From: Ignavibacteria bacterium RIFOXYC2_FULL_35_21
GTDB taxonomy: Bacteria; Bacteroidota; Ignavibacteria; Kapaibacteriales; UBA2268
Direction: 5' to 3'
Length of the DNA stretch: 64,000 bases
Assembly (NCBI GenBank): GCA_001804705.1
Contig: MHAY01000060.1
Span: 52,055-116,054, forward strand
Each line of letters starts with the position of its first letter. The stretch's first letter is position 1. The notes beneath the pieces are model-generated. The model was not told the origin of the DNA, did not search any database, and saw nothing but the letters and a program-made list of their open reading frames with translations. The position numbers were made by a program, and so were the translations under genes. Positions 55,894 to 64,000 of this stretch are shown in pieces.

Positions 55894-56017
55894 GTTATTT
55901 TACTTTAATTAAAATTCGTTATAACAATTGTCTATCTGATTCAGTAACCAACGCTGATACGATGGTAAACAAAAATATGATAAAAAATGAATAGAACTTA
56001 ATATTTTATTTGATTAT

Positions 56018-56140
56018 CCACTATCTTTAGATAGTGGAGGTTTCTTGGTAAGGACACGGCATGCCGTATCCCTACACATTCTTTTTGGGATAAATCCCTA
56101 CATATGGTGACGAACTCTCACCACTACTTGAAAGTAGTGG
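56018..56140. repeat. Cluster of three palindromes in the rlmN-leuS spacer
   Basis: CCACTATCT-tt-AGATAGTGG (56018-56037), GGACACGGCATGCCGTATCC (56052-56071), and CCACTACTT-ga-AAGTAGTGG (56121-56140). The two outer hairpins are related to each other. Confidence 0.6.
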
Positions 56141-56164
56141 CTATTCATTTTATATCTATTTAAC

Positions 56165-56189
56165 TATGTCGGGAGTTACTCCTGACATA
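56165..56189 (-). terminator. Strong hairpin 8 nt downstream of the leuS stop (candidate terminator; no clear U-tract)
   Basis: TATGTCGGGAG-tta-CTCCTGACATA forms an 11-bp stem with one G-T pair. Confidence 0.35.
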
Positions 56190-56196
56190 AACATAA

Positions 56197-58746
56197 TCAA
56201 ACAATAAAATTAATAAGTTTATTCGGGACGAAAATAACTTTTTTTATGGTTTTACCTTCGATGAATTTTTGTACTTTATCATCTTTAAGAGCCATTTGCT
56301 GAATTTCTTCTTGTTCGAGGCCAGGTGCAACATACAGCTTTGCTCTTATCCTACTTTGTACCTGAACAACAAATTCAATTTGTTTCTTAGCGGCTTTTAA
56401 TTCATCAAATTCAGGAAAATTTCGAAGAACGATAGAATCATTATGTCCCAGTATTTGCCAAAGTTCCTCGGCAATATGAGGAGCGAATGGAGAGAGGCAG
56501 AGGATAAACTTTTCCATAGCTTCTCTGGGCTTGATTTCGTATTTAGTAAACTCATTAACGAAAATCATCATCTGTGAGACAGCAGTATTGAAGTGAAGTT
56601 CTTCGATGTCATCGCTTACTTTTTTTATCGTGTAATGAAGGATTTGCTCCTGCTCCAGCGAAAGCCGAACATCTTTTACATTTACCGAAAGAGTGCCATT
56701 ATCCTCAACAATCATTCTCCAGACACGGCTGAGAAAACGGTTCACACCTTCAATCCCGCTTTTTGACCAGGGTTTTGCATCCTGAAGGGGACCGAGGAAC
56801 ATTTCGAACATTCTCAGGGAATCTGTACCAAATTCCTCCACTACATCATCAGGATTTATAACATTCCCGAGAGATTTCGACATCTTTCTTCCATCCTCGC
56901 CGATAATCAGCCCCTGATGAAAAAGTTTTTTAAATGGTTCAATTGTTGAAACATAGCCATAATCATACAGAAGTTTATGCCAGAACCTCGCATACAGAAG
57001 ATGAAGAACAGCATGTTCGGCACCACCAACATACAAATCCACTCCATCCGGTTGCATCCAGTATTTTTCTTTTTCCTTACTACAGAAAATATCATCATTA
57101 TTAGGGTCAATATATCTGAGATAATACCAGCAGGAACCTGCCCATTGGGGCATTGTATTTGTCTCAAACCTTCCTTTTTTACCGGTTTTTTTATCAATGA
57201 AATTTACCCATGATTCAACTTTAGCAAGTGGAGATTCCCCGGTGCCGGATGGCTTAAAATCAGGGACATCGGGAAGCATTAAGGGTAGTTCATCCAATTC
57301 GAGATTTCGTTTTGTTCCATCCTCAAAAAACATAATGGGTATCGGTTCGCCCCAATACCTTTGTCTGGAAAACAGCCAATCACGAAGTTTGTATTGAATT
57401 TTTCTACATCCTATTTTTTTTGATTCAAGCCATTCTATTGTTTTATCAAATGCTTTTTTTGTCGGTAAATCATTAATAGAAAACTCATTATTTAAAGAAT
57501 TAACAGCGGCGCCTTCATCAACATAAGCAGACTCCTGAATATCCCATTCAGAGCCATCTGCGGGTGCAACAACTTTTATTATCGGCAGTCCGAAAGTTTT
57601 TGCAAATTCATGGTCTCTTTCGTCATGTCCGGGTACTGCCATAATTGCACCGGTGCCATAATGAGATAGGACATAATCGGCTATCCATATCGGTATATCA
57701 GTATTTGTAGCAGGATTTATTGCATAAGCACCTGTGAATATACCTGTCTTTACTTTGTTCAATTCTGTTCTTTCGAGGTCGCTTTTCATCGAGGCCGAAT
57801 ATATGTAAGCATCAACTTCCCGAGCTTTATCTTTGTTGGTGATTATTTTGACTAATTCATGTTCCGGAGCTAATACCATGTAGGTAGCTCCGAAGACAGT
57901 ATCAGGCCTTGTTGTAAATACGGCGATGGATTCATTAATACCTTTTATTCTAAATTGAATTTCAGCACCTTCGCTTCTGCCAATCCAGTTTTTTTGCATT
58001 TCTTTTGTTGAGTGGGGCCAGTCAACGAGTTCAAGGTCATCCAGAAGCCGTTGAGCATAAGCAGTAATTCGTATCAACCACTGCTTCATAGGTTTTCGCT
58101 CTACAGTATATCCCTTTTCCCGCCATTCGTCACATTCTTCATTTGCAAGGACAGTACCAAGTTCTTCGCACCAGTTAACAGGAATCATCGCTATGTAAGC
58201 AAGTCTCTTACTGTCAATATATTCGTCAATTTCCTTTCTTGTTTTCAAACCTGATGGTATTGGAAGCTCACCTACATGCCTTGCTTTATTCAGATTCTCA
58301 TCGAACCATGAATTGTATATTTGCAGGTACATCCACTGTGTCCATTTATAATATCCGGGGTCAGTAGTATTAATTATCCTTGACCAGTCATAGCCGAAGC
58401 CAAGCATATTAAGTTGATTTTGAAATATTTCAATATTATTATTAGTTGCTACATAAGGGTGAATACCTGTCTGCATACTATATCTTTCGGTAGGTAAGCC
58501 AAATGCATCAAAACCCATCGGATGAAGAACATTAAATCCCTTCATTCTTTTGTAACGGGCAATTATATCAGTTGCAGTGTAGCCTTCGGGATGGCCTATA
58601 TGTAGTCCTTGTCCGCTTGGATAAGGAAACATATCGAGTATGTAAAACTTTGGTTTGGAATAATCCTCTACGACTTTATATATTTTATTATCTTTCCAAA
58701 ATTCCTGCCACTTTTCTTCTATATCTTTGAAGGGATAAGATGCCAT
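56197..58746 (-). CDS. leuS: Leucine--tRNA ligase
   Basis: HIGH-type motif ([10 protein letters not shown]) and KMSKS (RKMSKSLGN). 849 aa with an editing-domain insertion. Confidence 0.97.
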   Translation of the reverse strand: MASYPFKDIEEKWQEFWKDNKIYKVVEDYSKPKFYILDMFPYPSGQGLHIGHPEGYTATDIIARYKRMKGFNVLHPMGFDAFGLPTERYSMQTGIHPYVATNNNIEIFQNQLNMLGFGYDWSRIINTTDPGYYKWTQWMYLQIYNSWFDENLNKARHVGELPIPSGLKTRKEIDEYIDSKRLAYIAMIPVNWCEELGTVLANEECDEWREKGYTVERKPMKQWLIRITAYAQRLLDDLELVDWPHSTKEMQKNWIGRSEGAEIQFRIKGINESIAVFTTRPDTVFGATYMVLAPEHELVKIITNKDKAREVDAYIYSASMKSDLERTELNKVKTGIFTGAYAINPATNTDIPIWIADYVLSHYGTGAIMAVPGHDERDHEFAKTFGLPIIKVVAPADGSEWDIQESAYVDEGAAVNSLNNEFSINDLPTKKAFDKTIEWLESKKIGCRKIQYKLRDWLFSRQRYWGEPIPIMFFEDGTKRNLELDELPLMLPDVPDFKPSGTGESPLAKVESWVNFIDKKTGKKGRFETNTMPQWAGSCWYYLRYIDPNNDDIFCSKEKEKYWMQPDGVDLYVGGAEHAVLHLLYARFWHKLLYDYGYVSTIEPFKKLFHQGLIIGEDGRKMSKSLGNVINPDDVVEEFGTDSLRMFEMFLGPLQDAKPWSKSGIEGVNRFLSRVWRMIVEDNGTLSVNVKDVRLSLEQEQILHYTIKKVSDDIEELHFNTAVSQMMIFVNEFTKYEIKPREAMEKFILCLSPFAPHIAEELWQILGHNDSIVLRNFPEFDELKAAKKQIEFVVQVQSRIRAKLYVAPGLEQEEIQQMALKDDKVQKFIEGKTIKKVIFVPNKLINFIV

Positions 58747-58919
58747 CTTACATTATTTAAACTTAATAATAAATACAAACTACAAAGTTACGAAAAGGTT
58801 ATGAAATTTTAACTTATGAAGTTTTATAGCAGTTCCATAATTCAATTTCTTTTTTTTACTTCTAATTTTTATTATTTTTATAAATATTAATTTTGTTATA
58901 AAAATCAGATGTAATTAGT

Positions 58920-59483
58920 ATGAAAAAAAAGTTACTGAGTTTGTTCGTTTTTTCAATATTAATAATAATATTATCATCTTGCAGAGAAAATAATAAGGCA
59001 CAAAAAGGGGATACGATTGAAAAAACACCATTAGAGTATAACGAATACATTATTGGCGAGCATAATAAAATAATGGTAAAAATGCTTGATTTTTCAAAAG
59101 CATTTAATGCAGGGGATGGCAGACGAATGGAGCATACACTGAACCTATTGCAAAAACAGATTGAATCTTCAATAGCAATGATGTCCAAACTTGAACCTTA
59201 TAAAGGGGATGATACATACAAAGAAGCTGCAATGGAATTATTCGAATTTTACGATTCAATTTCGGGTGATGAATTCGAAGAGATGATTGAAATTCAACAA
59301 AAGAAGGGGAGCCAGACAATCGAGGATAATAAGAGAATGAATGAACTGAATAGGGTTATAGCTGAGAGAGAAGCTATTCTTGATAAAAATTTATCCCAGG
59401 CTCAACGTGCTTTTGCCGAAAAACATTCTGCACAGATGCAAAAAAACCGGCTTCAGGATTCGATTAATAAAATGAATAAATAA
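58920..59483 (+). CDS. Hypothetical lipoprotein (tandem paralog 1)
   Basis: Lipobox ILSSC. Helical with TPLEYNEYIIGEHNKIMVKMLDFSKAF. Confidence 0.5.
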   Translation: MKKKLLSLFVFSILIIILSSCRENNKAQKGDTIEKTPLEYNEYIIGEHNKIMVKMLDFSKAFNAGDGRRMEHTLNLLQKQIESSIAMMSKLEPYKGDDTYKEAAMELFEFYDSISGDEFEEMIEIQQKKGSQTIEDNKRMNELNRVIAEREAILDKNLSQAQRAFAEKHSAQMQKNRLQDSINKMNK

Positions 59484-59581
59484 ATCGGATAAAAATCATT
59501 AATTTTGAAGCAGGGAATTGAAAATTATGTTATCATTCTTCTCTTCTTTTATTTAAAGTTGTAAAATTCTGGAAATTAATT

Positions 59582-60178
59582 ATGAAAAAAGTTATAAAAA
59601 TTTTATCGGTAATTTGTTTACTGGTATGGATTATTTCAATTCAGTCCTGTAATGATAAAAAAAGTCAAAAGAAGGCCATTCAACAGGTTACGAAGCTAAC
59701 TCCTGTTGAATACAATGATTCTATTATAGGATTCCAGGAGAAAGTAATTAAAAAGGTGCTCGACTTTTCCCAAAATTTTCAGATGCTCGATACTGTTCAA
59801 AGAGAATCGAAACTTAATGAAATAATTTTTGAGATTGATAATTCACTTTCACTATTAAATCAACTCCCGCCTTTTTATGGAAATTCAAGATTAAAGAATG
59901 CCGCAATTACATGGCTCAATTTTTATAAATCCGCTTTTGATAAAGAATACAGAGAAATTATAAAAATTTCAAAAAAGCCGGAAGCCGAAATAACCGAGAA
60001 TGATATCATTCGCATGAACGATTTATCCCAAAGCGTTGCCGACAGGGAACTTCAGGTTCATAAGGATTTTGAAACCATTCAACAGGAATTTTACAAACAG
60101 TTTGATATTCAGGGCAGACAAAACGAGCTTAACAGTAAAATTGAAAAGATTGAAAAAGAAAAACATAAACCGAAATAA
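59582..60178 (+). CDS. Hypothetical lipoprotein (tandem paralog 2)
   Basis: Lipobox SIQSC. TPVEYNDSIIGFQEKVIKKVLDFSQNF is colinear with the preceding gene. Confidence 0.5.
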   Translation: MKKVIKILSVICLLVWIISIQSCNDKKSQKKAIQQVTKLTPVEYNDSIIGFQEKVIKKVLDFSQNFQMLDTVQRESKLNEIIFEIDNSLSLLNQLPPFYGNSRLKNAAITWLNFYKSAFDKEYREIIKISKKPEAEITENDIIRMNDLSQSVADRELQVHKDFETIQQEFYKQFDIQGRQNELNSKIEKIEKEKHKPK

Positions 60179-60324
60179 ATTCTTTACATATTTTTGGCAT
60201 TATTTTTTATAATATTTTAAAGTATGTTTATTTGACTATTGTTTGTAAAAGTAATAAAATCAAATACTTTTCCGTCATATAGTGCAAATAAAATTAATAT
60301 AATATTATTTATAGGTGGGGGAAT

Positions 60325-62868
60325 ATGAGAAAACTTTCTATTATTTTATGTTTGATATTATTCAGCAGTTCTGCATTTTCGGCAGGACAGAAATTCAGGA
60401 CCGGAGTGTTTCTCCATTATACCATTGGCGAAAGAATATGGGGACCAAACGGAAGCAGTACAAGCATACCCAACGAAATTCATCTTTATAACAACTCTCA
60501 TGGCTTTATTGGGCAGGATACTTTTAAGCTGATTGAAGAAATATTTCCTGCAGATGAACAAAACAACGAATGGTACCGTTGGAGGGAGATATTTGAAAAC
60601 ACAAGGTCAACTGCCGACATCAGGCCTTATATTGATGCAAATAAGATAATAATGATAAAAACGAATTATCTTTCATCCGAAATGCCCTCTTGGGAAAACC
60701 CCGAAGATACGGTTGACCCGACAATCAAGTCTGTGTATAATTACAAGCGGCACTGGCGAAAAATAATTGACAAAATGAGAGAGAACAGCGATAAATTTTT
60801 TATTATCTGGACAAATGCTCCTCTTGCGGCTTCCACAGACGAGCAGGCTCTTTTATCGCATTATTTTTGCAAATGGGCGAAAGATACTTTAGCTACAGGG
60901 AAAGACCCATTATTCGGAAAGTTTCCTATAAATGTCTATGTGTTTGATTACTTCCATAAGCTAACAGACGCAAATTCAAAATGGAAATTAAAAACAATTT
61001 ATTCTGCTGTCGATAATGTCAATTATCCTAATTCTGCCGCTACTGCTCTTATAGCACCGGCATTAGTCCAGGAAAGCTTTAATGCTATTCTTATATTTGA
61101 AAATTATTTTAACCCGGATATGATTTCGATTCCTATTCTTGTTTCTCCAAATGATACTGCTACTAATGTAGCACAAAATATTACCTTAAGGTGGCGGAAG
61201 GTGCAATATGCAACAAGATACTCAGTACAGATTGCTTTAGATACGGGTTTCACCAGCATTATTGAGTCTGATAATAGTGTCATTGATACATTCTATACCG
61301 CCGGCAGTCTTTATTATAACAAAAAGTATTATTGGAGAGTCAAATGTTATAATTACGGTGGAGCTACAAACTGGTCAACGAGGAGAAGCTTTACGACAAT
61401 AATAGCTCCTCCCGGTGTTCCCGGATTAATTCAGCCAAACGATGAGAAAACAAATGCACCTGTCTTCCTGTATTTCACATGGTCACAATCTGCACCTGCC
61501 GCAGAGAAATACCGTTTCCAGCTCGCAAAAAATTCTAATTTTTCAAATATGGTTGTGGACAGTCAAAATATAAAAGTTACATCAATACTTGTGTTGAACA
61601 AACTTGATTCGACAACTACATATTATTGGCGTGTCAAAGGTATTAATATCGGAGGTGAAAGCTTTTGGTCGGAAGTATGGAGTTTTACAACCATATCTGC
61701 TATACCGGCTAATGTAACTTTGATACAGCCGCAGGATTTTACAAATAATATCGCATTAAACCCGGTCTTTAAATGGAACAGTTCGGCAAGAGCAACAAGA
61801 TATATATTTCAATTAGCGAGTGATAATTCATTCAATAATATTGTTAATAATGACAGTGCCGTTACTGACACTTCGCACACTATCACGCCTGATTTATTAA
61901 ATGACATGACTTATTATTGGAGAGTAAAATCTGTCAATGGTACGGGAGGCAGTCTTTGGTCACAAGTATGGGCATTTCATACTATAAAAGCCGCTCCCGA
62001 TGCCCCTGATTATGTATATCCATCAGAAGGTGAAATAAATGTGCCGGTAAAACCTAAATTTGTTTGGAGCGTTTCAACCAGAGCAGAAAGATATTCATTC
62101 CAGGTGGCACACGATGCTTCATTCACGAATAATGTCTATGACAATGTAATCGTACAAGACACATTTTACGTTGGGGATGTAGAGTTGCAAAGGAATCAAG
62201 TTTATTGGTGGAGATTGAAGGCAATTAATTATGCCGGAGAAAGCGAATGGACATCGAGTGCAAGCTTTACAATATTAGTGATGCCGCCGGCAACCACATT
62301 ATTGTTTTCACCGGGAAAAGGCGATACTGCAGTTCCGGCTTATACGACTTTTGTTTGGGATGCTACTCCCGGAGCTGAAACCTATATATTACAGGTGTCA
62401 AAGGATTATAGATTCCAGGTGATGATTCTTGTTAAATCCGGTTTAACCGATACAACATATACTTTAACTTCTCCACTCGATAATTCAAAGGAGTATTTCT
62501 GGAGAGTCAAAGCAGTAAATGCCGGAGGAGAGGGTTCATGGTCTGCTTATGCGAATTTCTTTACCGAAGAATTCACATCAGTTGACGATGATTTTTCAAA
62601 TAACCATATTACTGTTTCACCTAATCCATTTAGTAATTCTTTTACCTTGAAATTCAATTTAACAGAACCTGAAGTTGTTACCGGTTCTCTGTATGGTATA
62701 AATGGACAGGAAATCTGCACAATCGTTAATAAATGGTTTGAAGAAGGGGAACATAATTTAAATATCAATGCAAATACCCTGATGGAAATTTCAGGGGAAG
62801 GTATGTTAATTTGTAAGCTGAGAATAGGTAATAAAACAAAAACTATCAAATTAGTCAGGCAACGATAA
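60325..62868 (+). CDS. Secreted protein: an N-terminal domain of about 260 aa, six tandem repeats of about 95 aa (FN3-like beta-sandwich), and a T9SS C-terminal sorting domain
   Basis: Signal peptide. A six-fold motif W..(A/T).RY..Q(I/L/V)A.D..F......(Y)YWRVK..N..G.S.WS....F.T is encoded by about 61130-62570. The C-terminus reads SPNPFSNSFTLKFNL... Confidence 0.7.
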   Translation: MRKLSIILCLILFSSSAFSAGQKFRTGVFLHYTIGERIWGPNGSSTSIPNEIHLYNNSHGFIGQDTFKLIEEIFPADEQNNEWYRWREIFENTRSTADIRPYIDANKIIMIKTNYLSSEMPSWENPEDTVDPTIKSVYNYKRHWRKIIDKMRENSDKFFIIWTNAPLAASTDEQALLSHYFCKWAKDTLATGKDPLFGKFPINVYVFDYFHKLTDANSKWKLKTIYSAVDNVNYPNSAATALIAPALVQESFNAILIFENYFNPDMISIPILVSPNDTATNVAQNITLRWRKVQYATRYSVQIALDTGFTSIIESDNSVIDTFYTAGSLYYNKKYYWRVKCYNYGGATNWSTRRSFTTIIAPPGVPGLIQPNDEKTNAPVFLYFTWSQSAPAAEKYRFQLAKNSNFSNMVVDSQNIKVTSILVLNKLDSTTTYYWRVKGINIGGESFWSEVWSFTTISAIPANVTLIQPQDFTNNIALNPVFKWNSSARATRYIFQLASDNSFNNIVNNDSAVTDTSHTITPDLLNDMTYYWRVKSVNGTGGSLWSQVWAFHTIKAAPDAPDYVYPSEGEINVPVKPKFVWSVSTRAERYSFQVAHDASFTNNVYDNVIVQDTFYVGDVELQRNQVYWWRLKAINYAGESEWTSSASFTILVMPPATTLLFSPGKGDTAVPAYTTFVWDATPGAETYILQVSKDYRFQVMILVKSGLTDTTYTLTSPLDNSKEYFWRVKAVNAGGEGSWSAYANFFTEEFTSVDDDFSNNHITVSPNPFSNSFTLKFNLTEPEVVTGSLYGINGQEICTIVNKWFEEGEHNLNINANTLMEISGEGMLICKLRIGNKTKTIKLVRQR

Positions 62869-62897
62869 CAATATTTGAGTTTTATTGTTTGTATTTT

Positions 62898-62931
62898 TGA
62901 GCGGAGTGATATGGCGCTTCGCTCATTTTTT
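62898..62931 (+). terminator. Intrinsic terminator after the T9SS repeat protein gene
   Basis: TGAGCGGA-gtgatatggcgc-TTCGCTCA (one G-T pair) followed by a T6 run. Confidence 0.7.
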
Positions 62932-62965
62932 ATTGATATAATAATTAAATTTTTAATTTTTAAAG

Positions 62966-64000
62966 ATGGTAGATAAAAATCTTATAAGATTTATAATAAT
63001 CATTCTGATTTTTTTTGCACATTCCATTCATTCTTTTTCCAGGCAGAGAATTAATGAGATATACCTTGATAAAAAGGAAGTGTTTGATTCGACTCAAAGC
63101 GACTGGTTCTTTGCCGCACCATTAGCTAATTCATTGCACATTTTAACAAGGGATTATGTTATCGAAGATGAACTATTGTTCGATAAAGATGACGAGCTTG
63201 ACTTTGATGCTATCAATGAAACAGAGAGAAACCTGCGGTTAATAAAGCTTTTCACAAATGTAAAAATCGAAATTGATACCATTAATGATTATTTATGCAA
63301 TGTTAATATAATTGCACAAGACAGGTGGTCAACTAATCCCAGTATTTTATTCGGGACAGGGGGCAACCAGACAAATTGGGGCGGGAAAATTGAAGAACAT
63401 AATCTTATCGGAACAGGAACAAACATTTTAATTGAAGCCCTACACCGTTCCGAAAACGATATAGGCTGGCAGGGTAGAGTAGAGTTATACCAAAGAAGAC
63501 TTTTCAGAACAGAGTTCAGTTTATTGGGAAGTCTTTTAGCCCATAAATACAGGACAGAACAGGATTTGTCATTTTATAAGCCATTCAGAACTTTATCAAC
63601 AGAATGGTCTTATGGATTTATCGGGAAAAATCACTTTGGCAATGATTTTGAATATATAAACAATCATTATAATTTGATGCAGTTCCATGAAAGAAATGTT
63701 ATTGCATGGCTTTCCCGTTCGTGGAGGAGGAGAGACCGTGTGTTTGCAACTTTTGCTCTTGAATTGAATGATGTCAACAGAGGCGATACGAATTTTCGCA
63801 GGGCTTATGATAATTCAGGAAGAATTTTTCTTGCTTTCTCATCTGTTTCTGAAGATTATATTAAAACGAATAACCTGAATCAATGGCAGGATGAAGACTT
63901 GCCAATTGGAGGCTGGGGGACAGCAATTCTAGGAAGAACATTTGCCTACAAGCCTGGTGGTGATGGTTTGTATTACGTAGCAGGCCAGGGTGAGAAATCT
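62966..64000 (+). CDS. 5' part of an Omp85/BamA-TamA-like outer-membrane protein gene (partial; runs off the right edge)
   Basis: ATG at 62966, with the frame open for 345 codons to the window end (not in the ORF track because no stop is reached). It has an N-terminal hydrophobic signal. WSTNPSILFGTGGNQTNWGGKIEEHNLIGTGTNILIEA resembles the start of surface-antigen barrels. Confidence 0.5.
   Translation, partial: MVDKNLIRFIIIILIFFAHSIHSFSRQRINEIYLDKKEVFDSTQSDWFFAAPLANSLHILTRDYVIEDELLFDKDDELDFDAINETERNLRLIKLFTNVKIEIDTINDYLCNVNIIAQDRWSTNPSILFGTGGNQTNWGGKIEEHNLIGTGTNILIEALHRSENDIGWQGRVELYQRRLFRTEFSLLGSLLAHKYRTEQDLSFYKPFRTLSTEWSYGFIGKNHFGNDFEYINNHYNLMQFHERNVIAWLSRSWRRRDRVFATFALELNDVNRGDTNFRRAYDNSGRIFLAFSSVSEDYIKTNNLNQWQDEDLPIGGWGTAILGRTFAYKPGGDGLYYVAGQGEKS

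Noticed and set aside
58747-58919. A T-box or other leader upstream of leuS.
   Set aside because: No specifier/antiterminator architecture is visible. The region is a short AT-rich divergent promoter.

Overview
A 64-kb chromosomal window from a low-GC Gram-negative bacterium. T9SS-type C-terminal sorting domains, a GH57 enzyme, Kdo/heptose LPS genes and LolA-like/MacB-like modules suggest an FCB-group organism (Ignavibacteria/Bacteroidota-like). That placement is inference only. I count about 60 protein genes, with no rRNA, no intact tRNA and no CRISPR array.

Layout:
(i) 1-2.25 kb: the visibly AT-richer end of a probable integrated element. It is closed by a 47-nt 3' half of tRNA-Arg(TCG) and a terminator.
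(ii) 2.25-8.4 kb: a DUF6448-like/hemerythrin/TetR trio, a type-II NADH dehydrogenase, a type-I restriction hsdR remnant abutting an IS200/IS605 copy, and an ABC-F ATPase.
(iii) 8.4-30.6 kb: an unbroken run of about 27 minus-strand genes. The order is arsR-arsC-arsM ... acr3 ... second arsR ... ccdA (then a P-type ATPase). Canonical ars genes are outnumbered by about ten thioredoxin-fold/CxxC proteins, YeeE/YedE, a DGC protein, DUF169, an ArsP-like permease, two MacB/Lol-like ABC exporters, a LolA-like protein and two outer-membrane barrels. Two short gene remnants (an acr3 3' end and an ABC ATPase 3' end) bracket one ABC module and reveal a mosaic origin. This block is my best candidate for an undescribed system: an envelope-spanning arsenical/thiol-redox handling locus.
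(iv) 30.7-64 kb: mostly housekeeping genes (queE, rsmD, ALDH, GH57, recA-recX, amidase, L,D-transpeptidase, GT9, kdsB, rlmN, leuS). These are mixed with secreted/T9SS proteins and several families of short palindromic repeats, one copy of which sits in frame inside the amidase gene.

All family assignments are from reading motifs by eye. No searches were run.
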